Shown here: positions 10,289 through 19,310 of the stretch, in pieces | Layout of the letters: each line of letters starts with the position of its first letter | Position numbering within the stretch: position 1 is the stretch's first letter | Assembly (NCBI GenBank): GCA_964010765.1 | Contig: CAXGMD010000008.1 | Location: 1-62,993 of the forward strand | Source of the DNA: an uncultured bacterium | GTDB lineage: Bacteria > SAR324 > NAC60-12 | Length of the DNA stretch: 62,993 nt | Direction: 5' to 3' | Notes under the pieces: generated by a model | What the model was told of the DNA's origin: nothing | What the model saw: the letters and a program-made list of their open reading frames with translations, nothing else | Databases searched by the model: none | Position numbers and translations under genes: made by a program

Positions 10289-11688
10289 CAAAAGCCTTGA
10301 TCTGTGTGGCAGTACCTCTGTTAGTGCTCTGGTTACCCATGAATCAAGTGCTTCAAGAAATTGACGTGGTACAAGTACGAATGCTTGCCATCTTCACCCT
10401 GGCAGTTCTCTGTTAGATCCTTGAACCTATCCCCATCTTTGCGACTTCTGTTTTACTGATCGGACTAGAATTGTTGCTGATTTCCAACAAAGGGTCTATC
10501 TGGTTTAGGGATCCCAGTAGTATTGAGGAGATGGGAAAGTTACTTCCCTACCAAGATATACTTACTACATTCGCTTCTCCCATCATCATGCTTTTTTGGG
10601 GAGGCTTCTTTTTGGCGATGGCTGCGACAAAGTATCATCTGGACGTAAATCTCGCTCGGGTATTTCTCCGGCCTTTCGGTGAATCCCCAAAATTTGTCAT
10701 GCTTGGGATGATGATCATTACAGCGGTTTTTTCGATGTTCATGAGCAACACGGCGACCACAGCTTTGATGATCACGATTGTAACTCCTGTTCTCCGACTG
10801 TTTCCAAATGATGACTTAGGCAGGACAGCGCTGGTTCTGTGCATTCCATTAGCTGCAAACATCGGAGGAATTGGAACACCAATTGGTTCACCACCTAATG
10901 CGGTTGCCATGAAGTATCTGGTAGGTGAGCAAGCTATAAGTTTTGGTGGATGGATGGCTTTCGGGGTGCCCTTTTCAATCTGCTTACTTGCCATTGCTTG
11001 GACCTTGTTAGTGGCTCTACTGCCTTCTAGACAAGAACGGATTAAGCTAGTAATTGAGAGTGAGTTTCGCCGTACTCCTCGCGCATGGGTTGTTTATATT
11101 TGTTTTGCCATGACCATCCTGCTCTGGCTTACAGGTTCCTTGCATGGGATGAATTCTTATGTTGTTGCGATGATTCCTGTAGCTGTTTTTCTTGTCAGCG
11201 GAGTAATTGGGAAGCAAGACCTCAAAAATTTGAGTTGGGATGTCTTATGGCTGATTTCTGGAGGAATCGCCCTGGGGCTTGGTCTGGAGTCAACAGGACT
11301 AAGCCAAACTCTCGTTACCAATATTCCTTTCGCTGAATTGTCTCCACTGATGATTGTAGTGATGGCAACAGTGATGGGTCTCTTGATGTCGACTTTCATC
11401 TCCAATACCGCAACAGCAAATTTATTACTGTCGATCATGGCTACTCTTGGGGCAACAATGAGTACGCTCGGCGAAATTGGTGGTTCAAAGTTGCTAGTTT
11501 TGCTGGTCCCCTTTTCTTGTTCACTCGCGATGGCGTTACCAGTCAGCACACCTCCAAATGCGATGGCTTATGCGACAGGACTTCTTGAAAATCAACAACT
11601 TCTGCAAATTGGTGCGTTGATTAGTGGGATTGGCTTGGTGGCCTCCTATTTAATGGCAATGTTGCTTTGGCAAATTGGATTCTTCTAA
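10285..11688 (+). pseudogene. SLC13/DASS sodium:dicarboxylate/sulfate symporter interrupted by an in-frame TAG (10414-10416)
   Basis: ATG at 10285 is in frame with the 10471 ORF and reads ...LAVLC*ILEPIPIFATSV. Downstream are FMSNTAT, GGIGTPIGSPPN, FISNTAT and PVSTPPNA, typical of DASS. Confidence 0.75.
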
Positions 11689-11782
11689 CATTTTTCCTAG
11701 TTGTGCTTGTCAGTCTTCTGTAGATGCGGTATTTAGGGTTTTCAAAAAAGATTTGTAATTAAAGTGATAGAGAAGTCTTCTC

Positions 11783-13222
11783 ATGGCCAAGAATATTACC
11801 CCACGAAGTGAAAACTACTCCCAGTGGTATCTAGATGTTATCAAAGCAGGACAGCTGGCTGATTACGCTCCTGTCAAGGGATGTATGGTCATTCGCCCGA
11901 GCGGATTTGCGATCTGGGAAGCGATGCAGGCTCGGCTGGACAGAATGTTCAAAGAAACGGGACATGTAAATGCCTACTTCCCATTGTTGATTCCACAAGA
12001 GTTCCTGAACCGAGAAGCTGAGCATGTTGAGGGATTCAGCCCAGAGTGTGCGGTGGTGACCATTGGGGGAGGTAAAGAGTTGGAAGAGCCATTGGTCATT
12101 CGTCCAACTTCCGAAACAGTGATTGGCCACATGTATGCGCAGTGGATAAATAGCTACCGAGATCTGCCGGTTTTGATCAACCAGTGGGCTAACGTGATGC
12201 GTTGGGAAAAGCGAACCCGACTTTTTTTGAGGACTTCCGAGTTTCTTTGGCAAGAAGGGCATACTGCCCATGAAACCTACGAGGAAGCTCAGGAAGAGAC
12301 ACTCAAGATGCTGGAGGTGTATCGAAGCTTTCAGGAGGACGATCTGGCAATCCCTGTAATTCCTGGCCAGAAATCAGAGGCTGAGAAGTTTCCCGGTGCT
12401 CTGTCTACTTACACTGTGGAAGCGATGATGCAGGATGGTAAAGCTCTTCAGAGTGCGACTTCCCATAATCTTGGGCAAAATTTTGCCAAGGCTTTCGAAA
12501 TTCAGTTCTTGGATCGAAACAACCAGCAATCACTGGCTTGGACTACTAGCTGGGGAAGTTCCACACGTATGATTGGGGGACTGATCATGACCCACTCTGA
12601 TGATGACGGTCTTATCCTACCACCTCGTATAGCCCCGGTGGCAGTTGCTCTAGTTCCCATCTTTTCAAACGATCAGGAACGGACTCAGACGCTTGAGTTT
12701 GCCGAGAAGATCAAGCAACGTTTAGCAGAACATTTAGATCACTTGAGAATTCAAATTGATGATCGAGACAATCTTCGACCTGGAGATAAGTTCTTCCATT
12801 GGATTCAGCAAGGTGTGCCGGTGAGGTTGGAGATTGGTCCAAGAGATGTCAAGCAGCAGTCTGCAATGGTGGCACGAAGAGATGTGCGTGATAAAAAATT
12901 AGTGCCCTTGGATGAGATTGCAGATCATGTGATGAGGCTTTTGCAGCAAATCCAGCAGGATCTTTACCTGCGAGCTCTTGATTTCCGCGAGGCAAATACC
13001 CGAACAGCCAAGAATTACGGAGAATTTAAAGAGATTCTCGAGCAGGAAGGTGGATTTATCAGGGCGCACTGGAATGGTTCGAGAGAAGTCGAGGATCAGA
13101 TCAAAAATGAGACCAAGGCAACGATTCGATGTATCCCTCTGAACGATCAGCCCGAAGCCGGTAAGTGCATTTTGACTGGGGAACCCTCCAAGCAAGAAGT
13201 AATTTTTGCAATTGCCTACTGA
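11783..13222 (+). CDS. proS: Proline--tRNA ligase (archaeal/eukaryote-like type)
   Basis: IRPTSET, NQWANVMRWE, FLRTSEFLWQEGHT, SHNLGQNF, ATIRCIP, C-terminal AIAY; no INS editing domain. Confidence 0.95.
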   Translation: MAKNITPRSENYSQWYLDVIKAGQLADYAPVKGCMVIRPSGFAIWEAMQARLDRMFKETGHVNAYFPLLIPQEFLNREAEHVEGFSPECAVVTIGGGKELEEPLVIRPTSETVIGHMYAQWINSYRDLPVLINQWANVMRWEKRTRLFLRTSEFLWQEGHTAHETYEEAQEETLKMLEVYRSFQEDDLAIPVIPGQKSEAEKFPGALSTYTVEAMMQDGKALQSATSHNLGQNFAKAFEIQFLDRNNQQSLAWTTSWGSSTRMIGGLIMTHSDDDGLILPPRIAPVAVALVPIFSNDQERTQTLEFAEKIKQRLAEHLDHLRIQIDDRDNLRPGDKFFHWIQQGVPVRLEIGPRDVKQQSAMVARRDVRDKKLVPLDEIADHVMRLLQQIQQDLYLRALDFREANTRTAKNYGEFKEILEQEGGFIRAHWNGSREVEDQIKNETKATIRCIPLNDQPEAGKCILTGEPSKQEVIFAIAY

Positions 13223-13296
13223 CAACCGAAGAGAAGCAGTTACAATATTTGGGTGTCATGAAAATCATTCTATCTTCATCCAATTTGAGGTCGTAA

Positions 13297-14793
13297 ATGA
13301 TTAGCTACTCTCATCAGAAACTCTTTCCATCCTCCCCCATTTCGCTTCCTAAGACTTTCTTACTCTTACTCATCATTGCTGTTGCGGCCGCTGTTTCAGT
13401 AGGCTTTGTGCAGGCACAATCAAAAGATGACCTGCAAGCTTTGATTCGGGCTTCGAAGACGCGAGCTGCCCTAGTACAGATTGTTCAGCAAGCTGTCGTG
13501 CACATCAAGGTTGAGAAAGAGATTGCAAACACTGGCAGAAATACTCCGAACAATCCTCTCGATCTATATAATGATGAGTTCTTTGAGCGATTCTTCCCGG
13601 GTATGCGACCCCCAAGAGGTCGAGGAAATGATCGATTCCGTCAGGAAGGCATGGGATCGGGTTCAATTGTCCGTTCAGATGGCTATATTCTCACCAATCA
13701 TCATGTTGTTGGAGAAGCGGACAAGATCACTGTTCAATTGTTTGATGGCAGGGAACTTGATGCCAAGTTAATTGGTACTGATCCCGAGTCTGACATCTCA
13801 GTTATAAAAGTTGATGAGGAAGGAATGCCCACACTTGTGATGGGCGACTCAAAAGAAATTTTGGTAGGAGAGTCCGTCATAGCTGTAGGAAATCCATTCG
13901 GTCTCACACAGACGGTGACTTTTGGAATTGTCAGTGCCAAGGGCCGCACCGGAATCGGAATTACCGAATACGAAGATTTCATTCAAACAGATGCTGCGAT
14001 CAATCCTGGAAATAGTGGTGGTCCCTTGATTAACTTGGAGGGCAAAATTGTCGGAGTGAATACAGCGATCTTCACCAGAAGCGGTGGCTATCAAGGGATT
14101 GGCTTTGCGGTTCCGATTAACATGGCTCGCCGAATTATGAATGATTTGATTGATGAGGGTCGAGTTTCCAGGGGATGGTTAGGTGTTGGGATTCAAGATG
14201 TTACTGCTGAGCTAGCCAAAGCCTTCCGACTGAAGGATAACAAAGGGACACTGATCACGGGGGTTATGCCCGGGACACCTGCCGAAAAAGCAGGTCTTCA
14301 AAAGGGAGACGTGGTTCTGAAACTCAACGGTGAAGTTGTTGAGAACAGCAATGACCTCAGAAATGAGATCGCAGACGCCCGAGCAGATGCAATCGTTGAG
14401 TTGGAGTTGGTTCGTGATGGTACCCCAATGCGAATGATGGTGACTTTGGATGAGCGACCGAAGCAGCCATCAAGAATGGCAATTCCTCAGGAACCCCCTA
14501 CACCAACTCCACAACTTGGTTTCTCAGTTCAAGAATTGACCCCAGAGATGGCAGAACGACTGGGCTATGCACAGGTACAAGGCGGTGTTGTCATTACTGA
14601 AGTAGAACCAGATTCTTCAGCCTCTGAAGCTGGGCTGAGGGCTGGAATGCTGGTGGTGGAAATGGACCGCCAGAATATAGCTAATCTAGTTGATTTTCGG
14701 CGTGTGGGCAGCGAACTTTCCCTGCAAGATGGAATCTTGCTGCTGGTGAGAACTCAACAAGGTTCTCAATATATCTTTTTGCAGGGGGACTGA
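13297..14793 (+). CDS. degP: DegP/DegQ (Do family) periplasmic serine protease with two PDZ domains
   Basis: LTNHHVV, SDISVIK, DAAINPGNSGG triad motifs; RGWLGV PDZ loop; N-terminal signal or anchor. Confidence 0.9.
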   Translation: MISYSHQKLFPSSPISLPKTFLLLLIIAVAAAVSVGFVQAQSKDDLQALIRASKTRAALVQIVQQAVVHIKVEKEIANTGRNTPNNPLDLYNDEFFERFFPGMRPPRGRGNDRFRQEGMGSGSIVRSDGYILTNHHVVGEADKITVQLFDGRELDAKLIGTDPESDISVIKVDEEGMPTLVMGDSKEILVGESVIAVGNPFGLTQTVTFGIVSAKGRTGIGITEYEDFIQTDAAINPGNSGGPLINLEGKIVGVNTAIFTRSGGYQGIGFAVPINMARRIMNDLIDEGRVSRGWLGVGIQDVTAELAKAFRLKDNKGTLITGVMPGTPAEKAGLQKGDVVLKLNGEVVENSNDLRNEIADARADAIVELELVRDGTPMRMMVTLDERPKQPSRMAIPQEPPTPTPQLGFSVQELTPEMAERLGYAQVQGGVVITEVEPDSSASEAGLRAGMLVVEMDRQNIANLVDFRRVGSELSLQDGILLLVRTQQGSQYIFLQGD

Positions 14794-14813
14794 CCACGTT
14801 CTTCAACTTTCAG

Positions 14814-14843
14814 CCTGCCTTGATCTGTGAGGGATCAGGCAGG
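14814..14843 (+). terminator. GC-rich hairpin after degP
   Basis: cctgcc(t)tgatc...gatcaggcagg stem with one bulge; weak T tail. Confidence 0.4.
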
Positions 14844-14866
14844 TCCTTCTGCGAGCAAGAACTTTG

Positions 14867-16105
14867 ATGGATTATCACAGCAATTATCTGCTTGTCTCAA
14901 ATGTGAGTGACGCCTCATTTGCAATCGGTGTCGCCCACGCCCGCTCTCAAAAAATTGATATCTCTGATATTGTTGGTCTAAAAACCTTTGTCAACAGTGA
15001 GTTTTGTCCTCGCTTCCTGCTGGATGATCCCACCGAGGAGAATCTTGGTTTTGGGCTACAGGGCAAGTCCGTATATATCCTCTCCACCAGTTCCGCACAC
15101 TACACTCGCAATGAATTGGCGATGCGCAATTGTCTACTCGCTTCAGCTGCCAAAGAAAATGGAGCTGAGTTTGTTGCCTTGGTCGAACCAGATCTTTTCT
15201 ATTCCGCCCAGGACCGAGGGCCAAGAACTCGTAACCATCCACAAGCTTTAGATTTCACTTCCAAGGTGAAATTTGTTGGGCAACCTTGCTCTGCAGAACT
15301 CTACGCACGGATGTTAAAGGCTGCTGGAGTCGATTTAGTGATGACTGTTCACAATCACAAGCCAGAGATAGTGAAAGAGATTTATCAAAATGTTTTTGCA
15401 AGTGAGCCATCGACCGGGAAACCACGATATATTAATTTGGATATCGCTCATATTGTCGCAAATTATGTGTTGAGATCCGGCTTGGTTCGGCTATGGAATT
15501 ATGGTGAGCACGTAGGCTTTGTTGCCCCAGATGATGGAGCTGTTGATTTTGTGAGGAAGGTTCAAGAATTTTCTGGGTTGCGTAACTCTGTACTTGTCAC
15601 GATGAAGAAGACACGCCATGGTCAACGAGATGTGGAGATTGATGCTTCTAATGATGTGAGCCTTCTCAAAAATCGGGATGTCTTCATTCTAGATGATATG
15701 GTCCGTACCGGAGGTACCATTGCAGCCAGTGTGAAAATGTTGGCCGAAAATCCATCATGTGCCCCAGAGAAAATATTCTTCTACAGCACCCACACCTACA
15801 TCTGTCCAGAGGCACGAGAGAATCTCAATTCTCCCTACCTGACACAATTCATCACAACCAACACCATTCCAAATGTTCTTAACCGGGACGATCAGGGTAG
15901 ACTAAGAAAAAAGACTGTTGTGCTGAAGTTGGAACCCTGGATCGGCCATGCTGTTCAACATTGCCTGGAGTATGGAGAAAACCCAGATGAAATCTATGAT
16001 GCTTCCAGTGTTGGGCATGCGGATGGATTCTATGCCGTAGACATTTCTTCCAAGAATCCGATTTCTGACCGCTCTCAACTTGGTCAATACGAGATGATGA
16101 TCTGA
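14867..16105 (+). CDS. Divergent ribose-phosphate pyrophosphokinase-like protein
   Basis: YSAQDR, VAPDDGA, ILDDMVRTGGT and ITTNTIP correspond to Prs motifs; ~412 aa with insertions. Confidence 0.75.
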   Translation: MDYHSNYLLVSNVSDASFAIGVAHARSQKIDISDIVGLKTFVNSEFCPRFLLDDPTEENLGFGLQGKSVYILSTSSAHYTRNELAMRNCLLASAAKENGAEFVALVEPDLFYSAQDRGPRTRNHPQALDFTSKVKFVGQPCSAELYARMLKAAGVDLVMTVHNHKPEIVKEIYQNVFASEPSTGKPRYINLDIAHIVANYVLRSGLVRLWNYGEHVGFVAPDDGAVDFVRKVQEFSGLRNSVLVTMKKTRHGQRDVEIDASNDVSLLKNRDVFILDDMVRTGGTIAASVKMLAENPSCAPEKIFFYSTHTYICPEARENLNSPYLTQFITTNTIPNVLNRDDQGRLRKKTVVLKLEPWIGHAVQHCLEYGENPDEIYDASSVGHADGFYAVDISSKNPISDRSQLGQYEMMI

Positions 16106-16109
16106 CATC

Positions 16110-17492
16110 ATGGAAAATGAAAACGTCCTAATTCTTGGGCTGGGTGGGGTTGGCATGCATCTGACCAAGAGATTGAGTAATGAAGGACACGCCGTCACGG
16201 TAATTGAAACAGATCCCCATCTGATCCGTCAAGCCAGTGAACAACTTGATGTTCGGATTGTTTCAGGCAACTCCATGCAATTGCAACTTTGGGAGCATGC
16301 CCAGGCGAAGCAAATGGACTTGATGCTGGCTGTCACAAATGATGACGCCACAAACATGATGGCTGGTTTGATTGCGGATAAATTTGGAATCAGAAGGAAG
16401 ATTGCTCGGGTACGTTCACTGGATTTTGAAAAAGGTAGCCTACTGCCGGCAGAAGAACTCAAGATTGATCTGATGGTTCATCCAGAGGAACTGGTCGCAA
16501 AGGAAATCGAGCGATTAGTATTGAGGGCTTCGGGAAATGACATGATTGATGTCTGTGAGGGACGAATGAAAGTGCTTGGTCTACGTGTGACTGAGCAAAC
16601 TCCTATCGTTTGGAAAACTCCCAGAGAACTTGCTGCTGTATATCCTTTTCCATTTCGCTTGGTTGCAATCGCTAGGGGCATCACTACGATGATTCCTGGA
16701 GCCAATGAGGTCGTAAGACCTTTTGACCAGGTCTTCTTGTTTGCTCTTGAACAAGACATCCCTCGTATCATGCGTGAGATGGGAGTGCAGCAGAGGACTC
16801 TTCAAAGAGTGATGATTCTAGGAGGTGGGCGAATTGGTCGTCGCGTGGCCCAACTGCTAGAAGGTTCGATGAGTGTGGTGCTGGTTGAAAAAGATATTCA
16901 TATAGCAGAAGAATTGGCAGGGATGTTGAGGAATACTCAGGTGATTCATGGGGATGGTACAGATGCCAATACATTGATTACCGCCAATCTTGATGAAATG
17001 GATACTTTCATTGCGACAACCGGAGAGAATGAGACCAACATTATCAGTTGTCTTCTGGCCAAGCACCTGATGAATAAGCAAAATCGGGATCCAAACGGAA
17101 GTGTGGGGAAAACAATTGCGCTAGTCAATAAGGAGGATTACCTTGTGCTGGCCTCTACAATTGGTTTGGACATAGCACTGAATACGAAGATTTCTGCGGC
17201 TAACGAAATCTTAAAATTTATCCGCCGGAGCGAATTGTTGTCAGTGGCACACTTGCATGGAGTGGACGCTGAAGTTTTGGAGTTGCTCGCACCATCCGGT
17301 TCCTTGATTACAAAAAAACCGCTCCGAAAATTAGCGAATTACATGCAGGATCATCGAATCCTCGTTGGAGGTGTTGAATCAGGAGGTGAGTGGCAGGTGG
17401 CCGTTGGTGATACTCATATTCAACCAGGAGATCGTGTGATTGCGGTATGTCCCTCGTTGAATTTGAATGATGTCCGTAGACTGTTTCAATGA
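16110..17492 (+). CDS. trkA: Trk system potassium uptake regulatory subunit
   Basis: Two RCK_N domains (GLGGVG, GGGRIG) with RCK_C domains; 460 aa. Confidence 0.9.
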   Translation: MENENVLILGLGGVGMHLTKRLSNEGHAVTVIETDPHLIRQASEQLDVRIVSGNSMQLQLWEHAQAKQMDLMLAVTNDDATNMMAGLIADKFGIRRKIARVRSLDFEKGSLLPAEELKIDLMVHPEELVAKEIERLVLRASGNDMIDVCEGRMKVLGLRVTEQTPIVWKTPRELAAVYPFPFRLVAIARGITTMIPGANEVVRPFDQVFLFALEQDIPRIMREMGVQQRTLQRVMILGGGRIGRRVAQLLEGSMSVVLVEKDIHIAEELAGMLRNTQVIHGDGTDANTLITANLDEMDTFIATTGENETNIISCLLAKHLMNKQNRDPNGSVGKTIALVNKEDYLVLASTIGLDIALNTKISAANEILKFIRRSELLSVAHLHGVDAEVLELLAPSGSLITKKPLRKLANYMQDHRILVGGVESGGEWQVAVGDTHIQPGDRVIAVCPSLNLNDVRRLFQ

Positions 17493-17821
17493 AACAACTG
17501 GCGGTTGTCATCGCGTTGGTAGCTTCGAGCTTGGCAGCTTGTGTCGGTTCAGATTCGTACTATGTCTATCCTTCCGATTACTCCAATGAGCTAGAATATG
17601 TCTGTTTGCATGTGATGCAACGGGGTACTCGTCGGTTCATGGTCAATGATCAGCATGCGGTAATCCCTTTGCAGGCTGCAGGAAGTGGAGTCTTGCCGGA
17701 AGTCCAAACAGATCTGGCACCTGGAGGATATTTCTGTGGAGCCTTTGATGATAGGCAAGTCCCTTGCTCTAAAGGAAAAACGAGTAACTTAGATGGGACG
17801 ACCTGCGCCTTTGCTCGATAA
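17489..17821 (+). CDS. Hypothetical Cys-containing lipoprotein
   Basis: Signal peptide with LAAC lipobox; ATGA overlap with trkA; four further Cys. Confidence 0.7.
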   Translation: MKQLAVVIALVASSLAACVGSDSYYVYPSDYSNELEYVCLHVMQRGTRRFMVNDQHAVIPLQAAGSGVLPEVQTDLAPGGYFCGAFDDRQVPCSKGKTSNLDGTTCAFAR

Positions 17822-18017
17822 TTTTGTAATGAACTCAAATTTTGAGTGGGCCATCATCATTTTCGCTTCTCAAATGAAAGGTTTTAGAACTTTTCACGGT
17901 TTTTGCACCGTTTCTAAACGCACTTTGAGCTACATGGAAGAAGACTGAGTGAGTCGTTGCTGTTAACATAGCTTGTCACCTTATCTACACTACCGGTCCC
18001 CCCGGAGAGGAGCATGG

Positions 18018-19256
18018 ATGCCTTCTAAGAGCAAAAGCACTAATCTGGTTGTTGGTTTAGATATCGGCACTACCAAGATTTGCGCAATTGCTGTCGATGC
18101 CAATAGTAAAGAACAATTACATGTTGTCGGTGTAGGAACTGCCAAATCAGAAGGTTTGCGCAAGGGCGTCGTCGTTAACATTGAAAAGACTGTCAATTCA
18201 ATCAAGAAAGCCATTGAAGAATGCGAATTGATGTGTGGTCAGCAGATCAATTCTGTATATGCTGGCATTGCTGGGCATCATATCAAGGGGCAAAATAGCC
18301 GGGGAATGGTTACGGTACACAATCGTACTGTCTCTGAAGAAGATATTCGAAGAGTGATTGATGCTGCGCAAGTCTTGATTCCAAATGATCGTGAGGTGCT
18401 CCATATTTTGCCGCAAGAGTTCATTGTTGACGAACAAGATGGGGTACAAAATCCCCTTGAAATGGCAGCAGCCCTCCTGGAAGTAAAAGTCCATATTGTC
18501 ACGGGATCGGTTACTTCAGCTCAAAATATCGTAAAGTGCTGTAATCAAGCTGGCTTGGAAGTTGATGATATTGTGTTAGAGCCATTGGCTTCCAGTCAGG
18601 CTGTGCTGAGCCCTGATGAGCAAGAAGTTGGGGTCGTCTTGGTAGACATAGGGGGTGGCACAACTGATATCACAATTTATTCAGAAGGCAGCATCGTCCA
18701 TACAGCCGTGCTAGCATTAGGAGGAAACCACCTCACCCACGATATTGCAATAGGCTTAAGTACACCCCTAGCGGAAGCAGAAGAGATCAAACATGAGCAT
18801 GGAGTTGCAATGGTTGATCTTGTAGGGAGTGAAGAAACAATTCATGTCCCTAGTGTTGGAGGACGAAACAACCGTAGCGTTCAAAAGCAGGTCTTGTCTG
18901 AAATCATTGAAGCCCGTTTCCGTGAGATCTTCGAATTCATCGCCCAAGAAATTGAGAAATCAGAATATCGCAGTGTGATGGCATCTGGGGTCGTGATTAC
19001 AGGTGGAACCTGCATCATGCCCGGTGCAGATGGCCTGGCTTCACAGGTCTTAAATCTTCCAGTAAGGGTTGGCTTCCCCGAGAATGTTGCAGGTCTACAG
19101 GAGTTAATCTACTCTCCAAAATATGCTACCAGTGTTGGCTTGGTCCGCTATGGAATCAATAGTAATCAAGGCAAACTGAACTTCAGTGGTGACGACACCA
19201 ATATGTTCCACAAAGTCGCCCGAAGAATGAAGGAATGGTTGCATGAATTTTTCTAA
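18018..19256 (+). CDS. ftsA: Cell division protein FtsA
   Basis: GLDIGTTKI, GLRKGVVVNIE, DIGGGTTD, GVVITGG, YATSVGL, C-terminal amphipathic helix. ATG at 18018 follows a gaggag RBS. Confidence 0.95.
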   Translation: MPSKSKSTNLVVGLDIGTTKICAIAVDANSKEQLHVVGVGTAKSEGLRKGVVVNIEKTVNSIKKAIEECELMCGQQINSVYAGIAGHHIKGQNSRGMVTVHNRTVSEEDIRRVIDAAQVLIPNDREVLHILPQEFIVDEQDGVQNPLEMAAALLEVKVHIVTGSVTSAQNIVKCCNQAGLEVDDIVLEPLASSQAVLSPDEQEVGVVLVDIGGGTTDITIYSEGSIVHTAVLALGGNHLTHDIAIGLSTPLAEAEEIKHEHGVAMVDLVGSEETIHVPSVGGRNNRSVQKQVLSEIIEARFREIFEFIAQEIEKSEYRSVMASGVVITGGTCIMPGADGLASQVLNLPVRVGFPENVAGLQELIYSPKYATSVGLVRYGINSNQGKLNFSGDDTNMFHKVARRMKEWLHEFF

Positions 19257-19310
19257 ACACACATTACCTCACCTATCTAGGGTGAATGCAAAGATCAGAA
19301 GGAGCATACG

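Noticed and set aside
10414..10416. Pyrrolysine or genome-wide TAG recoding
   Set aside because: No pyl genes are in the window, TAG is a normal stop for other genes here (e.g. 9627-9629, 48028-48030), and the position corresponds to Trp.
17890..17910. Sigma54-like ttcacggtttttgca upstream of ftsA
   Set aside because: It lacks the essential GG at -24.
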